Shown: positions 60,802 through 64,000 of the stretch, piece after piece | Numbering within the stretch: the stretch's first letter is position 1 | Layout: each line of letters opens with the position of its first letter | From: Schmidtea nova | Taxonomy: Eukaryota | Assembly (NCBI GenBank): GCA_044892505.1 | Contig: CM097882.1 | Coordinates: 124,558,001-124,622,000, forward strand | DNA: 64,000 bases | Direction: 5' to 3' | The notes under the pieces: model-generated | The model's database searches: none | Seen by the model: the letters and a program-made list of their open reading frames with translations, nothing else | What the model was told of the DNA's origin: nothing | Position numbers and translations under genes: made by a program

Positions 60802-60845
60802 TTGAAAAAAGTGGGGCTGTGCGCTCACTTTCCCCTACTACTGGA

Positions 60846-61138
60846 AAGTGCGGCTATAATGTTGGAGCACAGGGTTTTGAAGATTTTATTCCTGACAGGG
60901 TTAGTGTTAGTTTGGCAAGTTCCAGCCATTTTTGCGGAGTGCCATTTTTATCTGTAAAATAATTTGGTAAATTCGGTTTGGGATTAATTACGGAGTTAAT
61001 TGTGTGTGGGTTATCTGGGTTGAAATAATAATGGCTATTTTTTCTTTGTAATCGGGTGTTTTCCTCGTTGTTATGTGGTGCTTTTGGGTTTGGTTGTTCA
61101 TTGTTGGTCGAGGTAAATTGGTTTTGGTTTAATGCCAT
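60846..61138 (-). pseudogene. gag: Gypsy gag, 5' part (1-nt frameshift near 60880)
   Basis: MALNQ...PNLPNYFTDKNGTPQKWLELAKLTL; continues at 45413 across the TSD. Confidence 0.8.
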
Positions 61139-61327
61139 TTGTTTTATCTTTTTGTTTTATTTGTTTTGTTTTATTTGTTTTGTTTATGTTTTAAAAAATT
61201 GAGTTTCTTTTAAGGATATGGCTTACTGTGTTTAGCCAAAAGATCTCACCTTCCTTTATAGTTCTATAATAACTATTCTAAAAGGAAAAGGTGATTTGAA
61301 AAATAATTTCGTCGAGTGTATTTTGTT

Positions 61328-61345
61328 ATCCCACTTCTGACACCA
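61328..61345 (-). promoter_or_regulatory. Primer-binding site complementary to the tRNA-Leu 3' end
   Basis: Minus strand TGGTGTCAGAAGTGGGAT immediately inside the 5' LTR. Confidence 0.85.
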
Positions 61346-61347
61346 AA

Positions 61348-62165
61348 TATTATGTTGAGATATAACGTTTTTAATGTGTATTTAGATTGAAGATGCGTAT
61401 TGTGAGAGAGATTTGTTGACCCCAGCCGAGTCACCAGTAAAAGTGTGTCGGGACAACTGGGGTGCGGGTTATGTACGTGCTTCTAGGTGTGATTGAGAGC
61501 GTGTGTGTATAATGTATGCTGTTTAATAACAAAAAAAAATAACCAAAATTTTTATTAAGTATTTATAAATTATAACAACACGTACTCACGATTTTGCAAG
61601 GGAAGTTTGTTAGGAATTAATATTTCTTTCGTAAAAAAATATTCTCCAATAGTTTCTTTCGTTTCTTTTTTTTTGTTTGTTTCCTTTTAATTTAGTTGGT
61701 TTAGGTATTTCTGTAAATATTCCTCCAATATTTTCTATGGTTGGTTTACTGTCGTTTCTGTAGGATTTAGTTTTTTTAGATTTCAATCGATTTGATAATT
61801 TGTTTTTGTATCTTCGTGATTTTTATAATTCGTTTTTCTATTTGTCTTGGTTAATTGTCACTTTAATAATTCGTTAATTACTAATTTTCATTTTTTTAAA
61901 AATCCATTTTCTTTATATGTTTCTTTAGTTTCCAATTCCAATGTCTATTCCTTTTTACGTCTCTATCTTTATTTTCTTTAGCGATTTAAATTTTAATTCC
62001 TTAGTAATATTTTTTGACGATTTCTGAGATTGATTTTCTTTAATTCCGATTTATAACTTTTTAATTTTTAATTTTATAATAATAATCAAAGTGGTAACAA
62101 TAATAATAATAATAAAAATAAAGATAATAACAATAATAAAAATGACTATGATAAAAATATACAGC
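61348..62165 (-). repeat. 5' LTR of the split Gypsy element (outer end cut by the 62166 repeat)
   Basis: Adjacent to the PBS; 61655-62165 matches 42863-43455. Confidence 0.8.
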
Positions 62166-62398
62166 TGCTGGGTTCATGGAAGGGTTGAGAAAATGAAATT
62201 CTAATTGAGTGCTAGGGATACCCTATCCATGACCATACATAAACCTTCTCGGTTTCACACGAGCGCCCTTAACTATTCCCTATATAGTCATGTTGGAAAT
62301 GCGCAAGGTGATTGAAAAATGATGGGCAGGTGAGCTCCGTTGCTGGAACTACTTCCCATTTATTTTCGCGGGTTCACGCTGCCGTTAGGTCTTACGAT
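62166..62398 (-). repeat. Inverted copy of the 11145-11420 dispersed repeat
   Basis: TGCTGGGTTC...GAAAAATGATGGGCAGGTGAGCTCC...GGAACTAC. Confidence 0.8.
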
Positions 62399-62417
62399 AT
62401 TTTATTTAATATCATTA

Positions 62418-62958
62418 CAAGAATACCTCGAACAGTACGGTTAATCGGTTCTGGAATTTAGCCGTACTATTTGAAACCGGACTATTCGAGGCATTCTGGC
62501 GCTAATAAATTTACGGCTTAGTACCCCTATTAAGAAATTTAAAAATCGTGATTATAATCTAGTAAACAAAAAATATTTTGTTATGTATTTTTATTTTTCT
62601 GATATTCAAGAGCAAAACAAGCATATTTAACACAGTTGTACATTTAAATATATATATAATTATTGAAATTTATAAGCCGGCAATACCAATTCATTGCAAC
62701 TAAATCAAAAGAAAGAATTTATTTCATTTTAAAAAGTTTAAAAATAGCTGATGAAAAACAAGTAAATAAAATAAAATAAACACAACAATTTAATTTAAAA
62801 AAGATCAACAAAAGCAATTCACTTAAATTCTAATGTTTAGATTCATTTTTCATTGTTAAAAAATTTCGAAAATTTTATTTAATCATTTTAAAAACAATCA
62901 TATTTTGAAAATTTCAAAACCGTACTATAGAGAAACCGTACTATGCGAGGTATTCCTG
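62418..62958. mobile_element. pogo/Tigger-like MITE
   Basis: TA TSD; TIR CA(A/G)GAATACCTCG(AAC/CAT)AGTACGG at both ends. Confidence 0.8.
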
Positions 62959-64000
62959 TATATGATTATTTGATTGCTAATATTATAATTTTTACCAATT
63001 CAATTTAATTTCAAAATATATTGATTATGTAAACCCGAAACGAAAATGTCAACACCAAAAACAAAAAATTTTTTATTTGCTACAAAAGTCCAAAAAATGT
63101 CCGTCTAGTGGAAAAATCTCGGCTAATAAATCTAGTTCGTTTAATTCGGACATCTTGTCGATTTGGGCCTGCAACTGCTGCGCAAATAATTTTTTCTGCC
63201 TGCGGCGTTTCTATCCAATACTTTTCCTTTTCTTAGCGGGATTGGGACATTTCTCTCGGAAAGCTCGTCTCCACTTGTACATTAGAGTGTTAATTGTTCG
63301 CGCTAGTGACGGTGGTAAGTGTTTCAATTCTGGATTAGTCCTTGGTACCGAATGGATCATCGGTTCCGTCAACCTTCTCTGAGAGGTCACAAATTCCTCT
63401 TTTGGCATCAGCTCCATCTGTATTATTCACAGTATACAAAATATAATAGGTTGATTGATATTGGTTGTTCTTCAAACAATCCCCACCGAGGTGCACGGGT
63501 ATTCCCCAAATNNNNNNNNNNNNNNNNNNNNNNNNNNNNNNNNNNNNNNNNNNNNNNNNNNNNNNNNNNNNNNNNNNNNNNNNNNNNNNNNNNNNNNNNN
63601 NNNNNNNNNNNNNNNNNNNNNNNNNNNNNNNNNNNNNNNNNNNNNNNNNNNNNNNNNNNNNNNNNNNNNNNNNNNNNNNNNNNNNNNNNNNNNNNNNNNN
63701 NNNNNNNNNNNNNNNNNNNNNNNNNNNNNNNNNNNNNNNNNNNNNNNNNNNNNNNNNNNNNNNNNNNNNNNNNNNNNNNNNNNNNNNNNNNNNNNNNNNN
63801 NNNNNNNNNNNNNNNNNNNNNNNNNNNNNNTTCTTTGTATTTCCATTAAGAATGAAATTAGTTTTAAATAACACATTTTTAAACCGTTACTTATTTTAAT
63901 AATTTTAATAAATTTTGTTTTTTCCGTTATATTTTTATTAAATTTTAACGCATGTTCTGAAATTAAAAATCAAAGAAAAATCAAATTTAATAGATTTTCT

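Larger units (their letters stand above)
45414..60839. mobile_element. Complete Polinton/Maverick (adintovirus-like endogenous virus), 15.4 kb
   Basis: 6-bp TSD ACTGGA (45408-13, 60840-45), termini AGTAG...CTACT, and pPolB, INT, ATPase, MCP, mCP and PRO genes. Confidence 0.96.

Noticed and set aside
14776-63899. ORF-track entries containing X runs
   Set aside because: They are artefacts of translating through N gaps; only the real part of 20979-21776 (ADCY9 exon) was kept.
1-64000. tRNA, rRNA, snRNA genes or hammerhead ribozymes
   Set aside because: None recognised by eye; CTGATGA hits lack the required stems. A covariance-model scan would be needed to exclude them.

Overview
AT-rich eukaryotic (metazoan) genomic DNA with several N gaps. 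The host species cannot be determined; the composition and repeat landscape are flatworm-like, but that is only an inference. One host gene is recognisable: three minus-strand exons of an adenylate cyclase type 9-like gene (36716-36036, 21797-21491, 16370-16175), whose introns are filled with nested transposons (Gypsy, Tc1, mariner, hAT, piggyBac-type and foldback MITEs). The first ~9.5 kb holds a large retroelement-like region with a 7-zinc-knuckle gag and two tandem arrays. The main feature is a complete 15.4-kb Polinton/Maverick (adintovirus-like) endogenous virus at 45414-60839. It has a perfect 6-bp TSD (ACTGGA) and is inserted into the gag of a Gypsy element. It encodes pPolB, integrase, packaging ATPase, major capsid, two tandem minor capsids, protease and core-like proteins. 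Unusually, it also has a TATA-binding-protein-like gene, at least five 40-48 nt GT-AG introns (including a hidden three-exon gene), almost no terminal inverted repeat, and a subterminal array of ~17 RFX X-box-like motifs. All homology calls come from motif recognition by eye; no database search was run.
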